From NCBI RefSeq assembly GCF_006345805.1, contig NC_043000.1:104160001-104224000 (forward strand): 64,000 nucleotides of DNA, written 5' to 3'. Each line of letters opens with the position of its first letter. Position 1 is the stretch's first letter. A program made the position numbers and the translations under genes. The notes beneath the pieces were generated by a model. It worked only from the letters and a program-made list of their open reading frames with translations. It did no database searches and had not been told where the DNA came from. The DNA is from Octopus sinensis (Eukaryota). Below, piece by piece: positions 36,901-51,900 of the stretch.

Positions 36901-39900
36901 TTAGATATAAATGGCATTTTGTCTTGTGCAGTTGTTTCTTGCCATAGTTTTGAATTGTTTAAAACCTGTAAGTGAAACTGGGTAAATGCAAAGCTTATGC
37001 AAGCTTGCCAAATGGACTGTACTTGTAATCCCAAAACCCAATTTTGTCTTACACTCAGTGTCCTCTTAAGTTTAATGATGATATTAATAAGAAAAATGGT
37101 ATGCTTATCCACATATAGCTCCTTTAATTGGCCAACTCACCAAAATTTATGCAAGATTCATTACATGCATGCTATATAGCATACTGCATAAGTAATCTGC
37201 CTGCTTTTGTTAAATGTTCAGAATGTTTGTTAGGTGTTGCACCCTAGAGTTTATGAAAATTGAACTGTTTTCTAATCTGTTGGCTTTTAATACCAATCAA
37301 GGTTGAATAAAATGTTCTCTTGGAGAGGACATATTCTCATTAGAACATCATACAAATCAGGGCTAAGAAACTGACCTAATTTTGTGGGGCTGTAGAGTTC
37401 ATTGAGATGTTAATTTTTTCACATTTACCTTATTGATCTATGGCTTTTATTAGAAATTTTTTATGGCCGTTATTTTAACCTGATTGTTTTTTTTATTGAC
37501 TTTTATGGTTGGTTACTTTTAATCATTTATTCCTATAATGCTATGAACATGGCTCGATGTTTAGTCTCTGAAATCACGATAGTGTGTGTGTTTATATCCA
37601 TTACATGTTTGAATGAGTCAGCTTAAGGTAAAGAGAATAGTTAAGAAAGCTATGGAAACTCGGTTCTAATCAAGCAGAGCCATGGTCACATTCACATAAT
37701 TTTGAACACCAAATTGTCCTTTGTCACCTCCTTTAAGACAAGTAGAATTGATTTGGCTACTGTTTCTTATAGACTGAACAATTGTGTGAGATTGCCTTGA
37801 TTATTTGTTTGAAGAGTGAAATTAGATTTGGGGAAGGAGATATAGTAAGTTTGACAGAGAATTGTCAGTATCCTTTATTACACATTTGTCCAATCAAATG
37901 TCCCAAAAATGAAAGGATGTTAAATCCATGATAATGGCAGTTTAATTTAGGAAGCTCTTTATCAATAAGAACAGGATGTACTTAGCCACTAATTTAATTG
38001 GGACATATTTACCTCAACACTTGTTCTACAAAGGTTATCATGCAAAAATACCCTCTCTACATTATTGTACACATTCAGGTATACTACACTTTTCCCCTTC
38101 AGATTTAAACTCAACAAGTCTAATTATTTCCCAAACATCATAATTACTAAAGAACCAGTGACTATTATACCAAATAAATTATTTTCACTTGAATTCCATA
38201 ACCTATGATTAGGAGCGCCTATTATTCACAAGTGTGTATTATACATGAATAAATAGGGCATCTCTTTAATTTTACTGTGAATGCTCGTTGAAACAAGTTG
38301 CTTTAAATGCAGGTTAAGGTGCCTTGTCATTGCTATTGTCTTAGGTCAGCTCAACCCTGATCTAGATGTTGCTTCTTAAAAGATATCTAGGACTACATTA
38401 TCTAAGATGTTATTTCTTATTTAAGAAGGCTGGTTATGATTTATGTGAGGCTCCTGTGTTAACTTATCTCTCCTGTAGGAGTTTTGTGGGGAAGTTTCAT
38501 GCTCACATTGAGAAGTAAGCATTAGAATACAAATGTGAACTTGTTAGAAGATAATTTCCTGACAAGGTACATCTAATTTTAGATGTTCTGAATCATTTTA
38601 CTTAATTTGATTCTTTCATTTTACTTTACAGAAAGACACAAGTTACATAACAAATACTTGAGGTAGTGGTGGTGGAGGTGCTGGTGTCTGATACTATTCT
38701 GTATTATAGGTCTTCAGTAGAGTATATTACTAATTATCTTAATGGTGTCTTGCCTCCAGATATCCAGCATAATTCCATAAGTTCCCTTTGCTTTCTGTGG
38801 CATCAGGCTGTAAAGAGCCTTTGGTAACTTCAATGAGGAGTGCTATGTGTCATCATGGAATTTTGTTGAGAGTACTTAGGTGTTTTCTGTTGCCTTTTAA
38901 GACACAGCTGTATGGTCAAGAAGTTTGCTTCCTAACTACATGGCTTCCAGTTCAGTCCCACTTGTACCTTGGATAAGTGTTTTCTACTGTAGTCATGAGC
39001 TGACCAGCTTTGTGAGTGGTTTTGGTGAACAGAAACTGAAAGAAGCTTGTATGTGTGTGTGCTTGTTTGTGTCTCCTTGTCTTGATATTGTGCAGTAGTT
39101 GTAAATGAGCATCACTGTCATACAAGCAGTATCCTTCATTTCCAATCTTTGTGAAAACATGTCTGACCATATGTCAGTATTACTTCGCTAGGAAACATGA
39201 GGGTTTGTAACAAGAAGAGCGTCCAACCATAGAATATCTGTCTGGACAAATTCTGTTTGATGGCCTTTCAATTTTTCTTTACCAAATCCAATCACAAGGC
39301 TTTGACTGACCTGGGGCTATCACTTGCACAAGTTGCTGCACAAAGGAACTGAACCTCAAATCATTTGATTGGCAGCGAATTTCTTTAATTACACAGCCAT
39401 ACCTGTGCCTATTGATTAATTTTGTTTTATATTGGTTTTCTTTTGTCAACTTTGCCTGATGGCAAACAGCAGCTTAACAGCTGTCCTTTAATTTCTTTGC
39501 TTCACTGCCATAATGGAATGTAACATACAGTTTTGAGCCATTTATGTAAACCTGGGTATTTTGCTTTCTCTGTTTCACATACAGGGTGAGCTTCTTATAA
39601 ATATAGTAGGTTTTCCAGTTTCTTCTTGGATTTCAGTTCCCAAATGGTCTTTCTCTACTTGAGAGAGCTGGCTTGGTGTTCCATCTCTTTACTCTGGAAT
39701 CTCAGCAAGATGATGATTCTCTGCTTGAAAGAACCTTATCAACCTACCTTGTTTGGCTAAATCATTCATTTCTTCTTTAAGTTCATATGCAAACATTTAG
39801 CCCAACCTTTTGGGCCTAGTAGTAATTGATTTAGTTGCTTTTCATTCCCTTTGCCATTATTCTTTTTTACTGCCAACTAAAACTACATACTCTAGCAGCT

Positions 39901-42900
39901 TAGAGTACAGAATTTGAAACTTTAACCATTGGCCCAAAATGGCAGCATGTATATCATTTCTTAGTATAAACTTCAAACAGAGATTTTAATTGCATATGCT
40001 CATAAATGCATAATGGAAGTCAAAATTTCATGCAACATCATGTAGATATATATATAAAATGTCTATTTATGCTAGTATGGATTAGACAAATATGTATTAT
40101 TAAGGCACTAATTTACAGCAGAATGCCCTCTCTGTTAGTAAACCTTCCCTGGTTGTCAAGTAAAGGGTCTCTTATTCCATGTCATCGAAAGCACAGAGCC
40201 AGTGGATGGTTTATTGGAAAAGATGACAGCAAACTTCACCACTTGTAGCTCAGCCCTTTTTCATGTGAAGCATGAAGGATATAAATATTTGCTCAGATAC
40301 ATGTATATGTATACATGATGTAATAACAGTTAAAATTTCATGCAACAAATATCATTTAACATCCATTGTCCATGCAGTTTGACCAGGGCTGGCAAGGTGG
40401 AAGGCTGCACTAGACTCCAGTCTGATTTGGCATGGTTTCTATGGTTGGATGCCCTTCCTAAGACCAACTACTCTGAGAGTGTAATGGATGCTTTTATGTG
40501 CCACCGGCATAGGTGTTATTTGCATGACACCAGTATCTGCCACAACTACGATTTCACTTGGCTTTATCGGTCTTCTCAAGCATGGCATAATGCCAAAGGT
40601 CTTGGTCGTTTGTCATTGCCTCTGTGAGGCCCAACACTTGAAAGGTGACCAATGCTTGTCACCAGCAGTGGTCACCTTACCTCTGTGAGGCCCAATGCTC
40701 TAAAAGGTGTTTTTTTACATGTCAGTTATGTGACACTAGCATTGGCTATGACTGTGATGCCACTTAGCTTGACGGGTCTTCTCAAGTACACCATATCGCC
40801 AAAGGTCTTGGTCACTAGTCATTGCCTCTGAGGCCCAAGGATATATAAAAGTAGTCTGCAAAGAATTTAATTTTGCCATTTTTCGTTTCATTTGTTTTAG
40901 TGTTCACCATTTCTAATGGAAATTTAAAATGAGGATGTAAGAAAGAGGCTTTTGAAATCAATGCCTAAAATGCTGAAATACTATAGTTGTGTTAAATTGG
41001 ATAATCATACAGGATGATTTATTAATCTGGTCATAAACAACTGTAATGGATCTAACTTTAATGTTCCTTATTTGGAAATACAGCACAAATTGACTTAGAT
41101 TCTGATGCAAGGACATAACAAAGAACACGAGGGTTCATATTTTATAAACGTTTATTAGCATGCAAAGAAACTTTTAGTGGGTTAGACACTGGGTCTTAGA
41201 CTGTCTTAACCCATTAGTTAATGAAGAATTTAATAAAATTAAGCTGATGTTTGAAACATAAATTAGCATGAAATTTCGGTGAGTTTTAATTTAGATGACT
41301 TTATAACAAGAAGTTTGTATCATAAAACCAGAGGCAGTTTCAGATTGGTTAAAGGATAATCAGTTAATTAGTCTTCTGGAGATTTTTCAGATGCTGTTAT
41401 AGACCTTATTTTACTACATCCTGGAAGCAGTATTAATGGGCTTACCATTATAAGTACAGAAAGTTGCTGTATGGATACCATTTTGACAATTTTATTATTA
41501 AAACAATAAGAATAATTTTTGATGAGTTGATGAATGTGAGAAATCCTAAAATTAAGTAACTTAAACATTTTTCATTTAATCCCAAACTCCACCCTGAAGT
41601 TTAGATAGAGCTTGTTTAACTTGAATAGTTATAGAAACAAATTTAAAATGCAACAAAATAAAGAAAAACATTTTTAGTGCCGAGTTACTGCCTGGGGTTT
41701 TTTGTTTCGTGACAATTGAGGATTTATAATTTTGGTTGCATATTTTTTTATATTTATTTTATTTTTTTTTTTTTTTTTACAGTCTTCCAAACTGGCATGG
41801 TTGGTTATCCAGAATCTTTAACAGATCCATCTTACAAATCTCAGATCTTAATTCTTACATACCCACTAATTGGTAATTATGGAATTCCAAGTCAGAAAAA
41901 AGACAAGAATGGCCTTCCACTCTGGTTTGAGTCAGCTAAAATACATGCATCTGCCTTGATTATTGGTGCCCTTAGCGATGACTACAGCCATTGGAATGCA
42001 GTTCGTTCTCTATCAGATTGGTTGGCTGAAGAATCTATCCCAGCTATTTGTGGTAATTTTTTTTCCATTTTCTATATAAATAATCAGATTCATGATCAAA
42101 GTTTGTATACTGTTTTTGTCTTTCTTTTGTAGTAATACAAACAAAGTAAAAAGTACTCAATATGTTAAGTAAAATATCCATTTCAAGTGGTGGGGACTCT
42201 CAGATCTTCAGGGTATGTGGCAACCCTACTATCATTGATAATACTGCATATGCACTAAGGACAAAGTTGCTGGCAAGTGAACAGACATGAGGTTGAGGAA
42301 ATCCTTTAGTCTTGTTGATGTCATGACAGCCTTCAAGTGCTTTATTTTGATAAAAAATACACCTAGTACACTCTGTGAAGTGGTTGGGTATATGAAAGGC
42401 ATTCAGCCAGAGAAACCAAGCCAAAAATGAAATGGTGTTGAACTCTGGTCTGTTTATGTGAGCAGTGTCTCTGCACAAGAACTCAGGATTGTGGTAGTTT
42501 GTCCAACCCATACCAGCATTGGAGAACATGCAAAACAATGACGACAATGTTGGTTTTTTTATCCTTATCTACCTATTACAAAATGCAACAACACCCCACG
42601 ACTAACATTTCATTGAGATGATGAGGCTAAGATCTTGAAATGTCAATAGATTTTTGGAACATTGTTCCAAAGTAAACAAAGCACTAGGGAAATCTGAAAA
42701 ATGTATAACATTAGACTTGAACAAGGAGCAGGCATGGCTGTGTGGTTAGTAGCTTGCTTACCAACCACATGGTTCCGGGTTCAATTCCACTGCGTGGCAA
42801 CTTGGGAAAGTGTCTTCTACTATAGCTTCGGGCCGACCAAAACCTTATGAGTGGATTTGGTCGATGGAAACTGAGAGAAGCCCGTTGTATATGTGTGTGT

Positions 42901-45900
42901 ATATATGTTTGTGTGTCTTTGTCTCCCCACCATCGCTTGACAACTGATGCTGGTGTTTACATCCACATAACTTAGCAGTTCGGCAAAGAGACCGATACAA
43001 TAAGTACTAGGCTTACAAAGAATAAGTTCTGGGGTAGATTTGTTAGATTAAAGGCGGTGCTCCAGCATGGCTACAGTCAGATGACTGAAACAAATAAAAG
43101 AATAAAAATAAATGAAAAAAGGAAAGCTGTTCTTTCAAATATAGTTTGCACCCACTGCCTAGGTCAGCTGTAATGTAGTACATATTAAATGCATTCAAGC
43201 TGAGATCACCCTGTCTCATCTTCAGGAAAGGTGTGACCCAGATTACATTGTCCAGTGCTTTTTTTTTTCCTTAAGACTAGGGTGTGGTTTGAGGGAAATT
43301 CAATTGTTTCTAGTAAGTGAACAACCATTTAGAAGCTCTTACTAGCTCATAGAAAGAATAAGAGAGGTTTAATATATGTACCAATACAACAATTTTGTCA
43401 ACTATGCCAACCATAGACTACAATCTTAAAGGCAGTGGTTTTTTAAAGCATTGATGAAAGAAATCATTCTTAAGACAGTGTGATACAGATGCTAGTCATG
43501 TTGACAAAGATGATTAATGGAATCAAATATTTGATTCTCATTTCAAATATTTCTAGTATGTCATTTGCCATTTACTGGTCTGCTCAACTAACTATATACC
43601 CAGCATCATCTTACAGAAGTGGGAAGGAGGATGTGCTGATCTCTAATTGTAGAGGGAACATGTGGAAAAAGTATACCCAGGAAGAAGCAGGATGAGGTGG
43701 TGAAATATGATCTTTGGTTGTTGAGTCTCCTGGAAGCGATAACAAGTGACCAAAACTTCTGGTGATTTGCTGTGCTTGAGAAGATGCATCAAGTTAAGTG
43801 AAATGGCCAGTACCAGTGACATGTTAAAAGTACACTTGCTGGTGACACGTGAAAGAACTTAGTACACTCTGTAACTTGGTTGGTGTTAGGGAGGGTATCC
43901 AGCCATAGAAACCAAGCCAAAACAGATGTCTGGAGCCTGGTGCAACTCTCCAGCTTACTAGCTCCAGTCAAACCGTCTAACCTATGCCAGCATGGAAAAT
44001 GGACATTAAGTGATCAGCATGATGCTGATGATTGAAATTGCATTTAAGGCTCTTTGGTATGACTAGATATTTATACACAAGTACTAGACGTGAAAACTGG
44101 AAAGTGACAAACATGGAAGGGAAAACAATGGACAGCTTCTAATTCACATGCTAAAGGAGAATACTCAACATCAAGTGGTTGCAAAGACACAATTGAAACA
44201 AGAATGGGCTTCAACAGGGTCAGTGACGAAATAAGACACAGACACTGGAGCTGAATTAGACACATCCTCAGAAAAGATTGAAAAATGCGATTATATGGTT
44301 TGCACTAAAGTGGCAGCCTGAGGGTAGAAAGAGCAGCAGAATGCCTTAAAACCACATGGTGAAAGGCCATTGACAAGGGAAGGAAACAGGAAAAGGGGAG
44401 AAGGATGTAGCAAGCAGGCTTTAGGGTTCCAACTCATTCTATGGTATTTCTTTTGCTTAAGCAAAATCTGAAAAATGTATAACAAAAAAGATTAAACTCA
44501 AACAAAGAAAGCTGTTCTAATATATATTATATAGTTTGTACCCACTGCCTAAGTCAGCTGTAATCATCATCATCATAGTATATATTAAATGCATTCAAGC
44601 TGAGACCACCCATTCTCATCTTCAGGAAAGGTGTGACCCAGATTACATTGTCCAGTGTCTTTATTAAAAAATTTTTTTAAGAGTCTGTCCTAAGATTTTT
44701 TTTTCTTTTCACAGGTATTGACACCAGAGCCCTGACCAAACGGATTCGAGACAAAGGAACAATGTTAGGAAAGGTAATTGATCTATTTATTATTTACATT
44801 TGGTGATGCCAGTGCTATATGACTGGCACCCAAAAAGCACTGTTCAATGGAGGCAGTGACAGGTGACTGAGACCTTTGGAATTATACCATGCTTGAGAAA
44901 ACCTGTCAAGCCAAATGAGATCATAGTCACTGCTGATGCCAGTGTTACGTAACTGGCACCTGTGCTGGTGGCACTTAAAAAGCACTCACTACACTCTTGG
45001 AGTGGTTGGTGTTAAGAAGGGCACCCAGCTGTAGAAACCATGCCAAATCAGACTGAAACATGGTGCAGCTTCCCAGCTTAGCAGTTCTCAATCAAACTGT
45101 CCAGCCCATGCCAGCATGGAAAACAGATGTTAAATGATGAGGAGGAGGAGCAATTATTATTATATAAAGCACAGGAATAGCTGTGTAGTTAAGAAGCTCA
45201 CCCACAACCATGGTTTTGGGTTCAATCTCAATGTGTGGCATCTTGAACAAGTATCTTCTATTATAGCCCTAGGCCAACCAAAGCATTGTGAGTGGATTTG
45301 GTAGATGAAACTGGGAGAAACCACTTAGCGTGTGTGTGTTTGGTTCTCCTTTCCCTGATGTTGCATGATGATTGTAAATAGTTAGTGTTCATGCAAAAAC
45401 AGTCATTTGTTCCAATATTTTTTCAAAATACATTCCACCATTGATCTGTTGCTGTTCAAGGGACCGTGGAAAATATTGCTTAGAGAGAATTGAGGATTGG
45501 CTATAGGAAGAGCATCCAGCCATAGAAAAGCTGCCTCAACAAATTTCATTTGATTTATGCTAGCATAGAAAAGTGTATGGTGGTGGGTGGGGCAGATCAG
45601 CAGAATTTGTTGAGCAAAGGTTGGATATATATATATTTTTATGTATATTACAAGACTATGTGAAAGGATATGTTGTAGTAAGAATGTTCCCTGAATTACT
45701 GCTTCGTAAATGTTATGTGATGATAGTTTCTTATTAAAATGCAGTTTGTTACATTGCTGATCTTCAAAATTGAAGAGATATTGTGCAATGTTTAGTTGCC
45801 ACTTTGTATTCTGATTTCAAATAATGAGTTAACTGTTTTCACATCATATCTGTTTTATATGCTTGCATGAATGTTTTACAGTAATGATGGTGTGAACCCT

Positions 45901-48900
45901 TACCTGTTTTTCAGGTAACAGATAACTCAATCCACATGGCTTAAGACATGGAATGTCTAGATTACTTGTTGAATTGAGAAACTAATAACATTGACCACCA
46001 TACTTTCACACAAAGCTATTACAGATGAAACAAACACACATACACACACACAAACATTTACTTATTAATAGTTAATAGGTTGACTAATGATCCAAGAGGT
46101 TTGTGTGTTAGCACTTATCAAACTAGTTCAAGGAGTTGTGAATTAATATACCAATGCTAATGGTATTTCCGTGGATAGTTCTGGAACAAATTATAAAAAC
46201 AATTACAATGTCAAGTGGATAATTCGTATTTTCAAATAGTTTGCCTGTTATGCCATTCAATAAGTAAATACATAAATTTTTTAAATAAGGCAAATTTGTA
46301 CATACTTCACACGATTATAGAGAAATTTGTGGGGGAAATTTTTTCAGTGATTTTCTTCATTTTTTTTTAAACCAGTTTTCAAAATGATGTGGTGGGGCAT
46401 CTTTGTATGGAAAAAGTTTTATAGACTCCCCCCATCCCACTACGGGCCTATTTTGGCCCTTTTTTTTTGCACACTTCAAAGCCATGAAAAGAACATTTTC
46501 GGTAAAAAATTTTTTAAAAAATTGTTAATATTTTCAGCGGGTAAAGTGAGTGGTTTAAGGAGGATTTGGCTGTTGTTTCTAGCATATCCAAAGACAATCC
46601 TCATTTCTTTATCATTCTCGCATGTATTGATGTTTTTCAATATTTTCTCTCCATAAATACATTTATATGCCATAATAAAGAAAATTTGAGAAATTATGAA
46701 TTTTTTACAACCCCAACTCCTGCCCCCAATTGTTTCTGTTTAGAAATTAAGATATTGGAAAGCCTGAGAAAGTCATCATTGGCATTTATCCACAGTGATT
46801 TTAAAAAATTACAGAGATGTACTTGCATAGCAAGTGACTTGATCTGAGATTGTGTACTGAAACAAAAACAGTTGCAGCATATGTGTTTGTAAGCCATTCA
46901 AGAACACACAGAATCCGTTAGTTTCACAGAACTACAGAGGTCCCAATGCATCTATGTAACAATATGAAGGGGAGGGTTAGTTTTAGGGTTGGTTAGGGTT
47001 TCATTACATGTCCACACTGCGTACATTTAAAATGCTTTGTACATAACACCTGTATTTAAGTAGTACTAGTTTCACTTCAACGTAAAAATTTCATTTGTCA
47101 AAATATTTTTTTTTGAAACTTGCAACCTATTCACTGACAAAACTTTGCAAAGGTAATGAAGCATGAAGTTGTGTCAGTGAGCAGCAAATGCACACATACA
47201 TTCATTGTCTTTCATTTGTGTGTATGTGCCTCTATGTGTGTGCACATGTGTGTCACTGTTGAAGTCACTTGTGCAACTTGTTTGTGTATATATTGGCTTT
47301 GTGGTACAGAGTGTTTGGAAACTGAATTAGGTGCAAGTTTCGAGTGCTTGTCGGTAACTTTTGTTTTTCCTCGTCTTCTAATAGTAATTACCCAACTTTC
47401 AAAGCTCTTCTCACAGCTATCCCATGTTAAAAAATTATACAAGTATTTAAAAAATTTTTATCCAATAAATAATAAATTACGTATACATTAATAGAATAAA
47501 CTGTCGCTTTTCAAAATGGCAAATGAAAAATTAAGAGAAAGTGAGAGACACTGTAAATGAGAATGGAATACTCTGCAGTGAATGCAATGAATATTTAAAT
47601 TTGCGAGAAATTGGAGTTCAAAAAATTCAAGAAACTTGAGAAATCAAAATTATAAGAAATTTCTTAGAACATGAATTTATAAAAATATTTCCAGATGGTC
47701 AACCCATTAATTGCTTTCTTTTAGTAATTGTTGCATTCCTAATTAATAAGCAGCTTTTCCCATTATAGTATAGATGCACATGCACACTTGCGTCACATTC
47801 ATTGTAGATGCATGGGTACACACAATATGCATACGTGTATTTGTAATATAAATGCAACTAATTACATTAGTATCGGAAGAGGTTAACCGTGTCGTTATGG
47901 AAGGGGGATGTTAATTCAAAAGTGGAACAATTTTGCATGCACACACTCTATTTGTGCATATATACATATACATTTAATTATACACACACTCATACATATA
48001 TACATGTATTTGTGCATACATGTGAATATAGATAAATGTACACACACACACACATCTAAGTATATATACATGCACACATATCTAAAAATATATACACATA
48101 CACATATCTAAATATACATCTATATATATAAAACTCAACTTGTGTATCTGTGTGTTTAACTTCCCGGCACATCTCCTAGCCAACAAATCGTAGAACCACC
48201 AAAAATGGGTCACTTAAAGTTTAGGCGAATGAAAATTGAACTGCGCTATTTCTGTTCCGAAATTCATCTCGCAAGTGCAAAAATCGATAATGTGTTTGTT
48301 TAGGTCTTATCCCATGCATTGAATAGTGAACTTTACTCAGTCAGCTGTTTGACGTGAACTGTGTTCACCACACGTGCAAGCATGCGTAAATTGCATGAAA
48401 AATTTAAAAAATCAAGATATAAAAACGAATCGCCGTAAACATTGTAGAAATTTGGCAAAGAAATGAATTTTCGGGATGTATCCTGGAGGGTTTTTTCGTG
48501 TTAATTGTTTGGACTTTGTGAACACACCAATTGTTTTCATAACATTTTTAACACTTTGAATTAAATGTGACCATTTTGCATTGAGTCTGCAGTTTGAATC
48601 ACTTTAATCAAATTTTAGCAGGCCGGATTTTTGATCATCACGATACATTGCCAGTGACTCCCTGAAACTCTCCCCTGAAATCCCTGTTGAGAAATACTGA
48701 TCTAAAAGAATAGTTCAACAATTCAATTATTTGATCAACAAAAATTTATGAAACGCTTCTACGTACTTCCTATTGAGGAAATGGAACACATAAGCACAAA
48801 TATATATATATACAAATTGAGATAGGGGCTGTAAATGCAACCCTCCATGGGATAACATATATCCAATATACTGCTTGTGAAGTACCCAACAAAGTTAATA

Positions 48901-51900
48901 CATAAATGTTAATGATTGCGATGCAATCAATTCATTTAAAATGATTTACCACAAATTACTAATACAAGATAAGAAAATGGAGAAATACATCTAAATCAAA
49001 TATCAATTACCAGATAATACTCAATCACATACTTTATTAAACCACCACATAAAAAGCAGAACAAATCAGTGTACATAAAGGAATGTACATAAAAAAGTGT
49101 ACTTAAAAGAGTAATGTTGTATAATAAGTAGAATATATATAAAAGAATATAAATATAAGTATAGTTTACATCTTACAGCTGTTTCGGCCATGTAGATAAG
49201 TATGTCTCATTTTACCAATATTAGCCCTTTGTGGTTGGTCAATATATAGATATAAATGAGACATTTACAAAAATATCATAAGGCCTCTTTGGAGATTATG
49301 TAATATAACTCAGTCTACATATATACCCACATATATGTGAATATACATGCACATACACACTCAGGTCTTTTAGTTTCTATTTATGAAATTTGCTCACATG
49401 GCTATAGTAGAAGACGCTTCGGGAAAGCGCTGCTCAGTGGGTCTGAAACTGCAATAGAAAACAAGTCTTTCAACCATGACTGCACCTGTCAAGATGTATC
49501 TTGTGATCTATGCTTAAATGGTTAATATTAAGAAGGATGATCGATTTGCAAAAGTGGTAGAGCATTATACAAAACGCTGGGAGCTGTTTAGTAGCAGTCC
49601 CTTTTATTTCAATTAATAAATAAGTATCAATTAGATATGCATTTGCTTTGAATTATCAATCCATAAATATAAGGCCTTTTCTCTCTATCATGAATCAATA
49701 TTAATATGGTCGGCAGTTTGCAACTTGTTTCACTGCTGTCTGGTGCTATTTTGATTAAAGTATTGCTAACTATCATGGTAGAAAATATACATAACTTATT
49801 GTAATGAGCTTCTTTTCATTGAAAAATGAAGCTTTCAGGCTATGTACAAGATAGGGAAAGTTTTTTTGTAGTGTTGGTTCTGAGAAAGAGGGCTGAGTAT
49901 AAATCCTTGTTACTTTGTATTTGTTTAATTTCATTATTCCATTTTTATGACATTATCTTAATAAACATTTATCACAAGTTTAATCCCAAGTCATCCCTGA
50001 TCAGGTAAACTCATTATCAGATATGTTTACAAACATTGCAACACTGCAGTATACACTATAAATAGGCATTTATTAGAAATACTACTGTGCCAAGTGAATG
50101 TACTTCAGTCATTCTTATATTTAAAATCTTAAGGAACATATATATATAATAAAGGATGTCTGGTTTGAAATTATTCAACATTCTATTTGTGATGTGCAGA
50201 TCTTTGTAGCAGATTGACTAGCAATGCTTGTGTATCCAAATTTTAATGTCAGCATCTAAAAGATTAAATTGTATTTTCTTCTTTGTCTGTTTTGACTGCA
50301 GTTACAAGTGAAAATATTCTTTCAGCTGTATTTCTTGTTGTTTTTATTGTTAGGTTGGCGGATTTGCAAAATAGTAAGAGCATCAGGCATAATGCCTTGC
50401 AATATTTCTTGCTGCTTATGTTCTCTGTTCAAAAGGTCGATTATACTTTTCAACCCTCCAGAGGTTATTAAAATAAAGTATCAAGTACTGAGATTGATAT
50501 AATTTGACTGTCTTTTTTATTTTATCTTATGTATTTCAGTCTAAAGGATGTGGTCATGCTGTGGCACCACCAATATCAACACCTTTTGAATAGCCATTTC
50601 TATGTGATTGGCTTTTAGTGAAGGAGGGAGTTAGATATTGCTACCATCATTTGAGTTTCTTGTTATGATGTAGTCACATTTGGGATCAGGGACTGCAGAA
50701 AAGCAAAGTGCTTCTTGATAACCTGCTGTGTGAATCTTTGTTTAATTCCTTCTCATGAGAAGGAAATGTTTTTAAATTTCAATGTTTGGCCTTACTGATG
50801 AGATAGCATCACATAGCCTTTTCATGTGAACAAATGATGCACTGTTGATCAATCCCTATTATTTGCACATAAACCTTTTTTCTTCTTTAGGTGATTCTTG
50901 AGGGAACAGATCCCAGTATTTTGGCATTCAGTGACCCCAATAGAGAGCATTTGGTGGAACAAGTATCAATAAAGGTTTGTAAACTAAAATTTATGTTTAA
51001 AAATGTAAGTGGTTGAAAGGCTAGTTAGCGCTTGAAGTATCATCTAACCCATGTTGTGTATTTAGTACAAATACTCGCACGGGCATGATATCAGACTAAA
51101 TGCTTGACAGATTTTAGTTTGTATCCTGCTGAGATTGACTTGAATTTCATCTTTCAGTTTGATAAAATAGTCTGTCAATTATTGGTATTTCTTTAACAGA
51201 CTATGCACTTTCTCATTCAATTGTCAAAACCATGCCAAAACAGATAATGGAGCTTGGTGCAGTCCTGGCTTGCCAGCATGGAAAACATGTTAAATGATGG
51301 TGATGATGATTGATTTTTTTTCATTTTTCTGTTAATACTCAAAAGAATAAGAAAGATTTAGTGTGTACCCTCAACTGTGAAAATTAAAACTAGATAGAGT
51401 AGGATGTGAAGAATAAGTTGTGTTAATAATGTCAAGTTATTTTCATTGTTGCAATTGAGTATTTGAACTGGATTGCAACCATAGTAACTTGTTCAAATCT
51501 TAATGTGCCTAGCAAGACAATAGTCTGTTTGTCTAACTGTGACTTTATTGTTGAGGTTAACAAGAGGTACATTAACTGGAAAAACAAATATTTTACAAAA
51601 AGAAACTAAAGGAATCTTGTCTACAATTGCATCAGTGTAAAATGGCTGCATAAGTCTAGATGAAGCTAAAATTCAGACTGTATTTTATTTGGGACCCAAA
51701 TTGCTTACAATGCTGTATAATATTACTAAGTGTTAAGACATAACTGAGAAGAGCTGTTAATGAAAAAAAAAACTGTTTCAGTTATTGTAATTATTATTGT
51801 TGTTGACCGCAACAATCCTTTTCTGAGTGTAACCAGAAGTTTGGCTGTAATCTGTGACCTGTATTTGATATCATGCTAGGCATTATTCATTTCTGTTATA

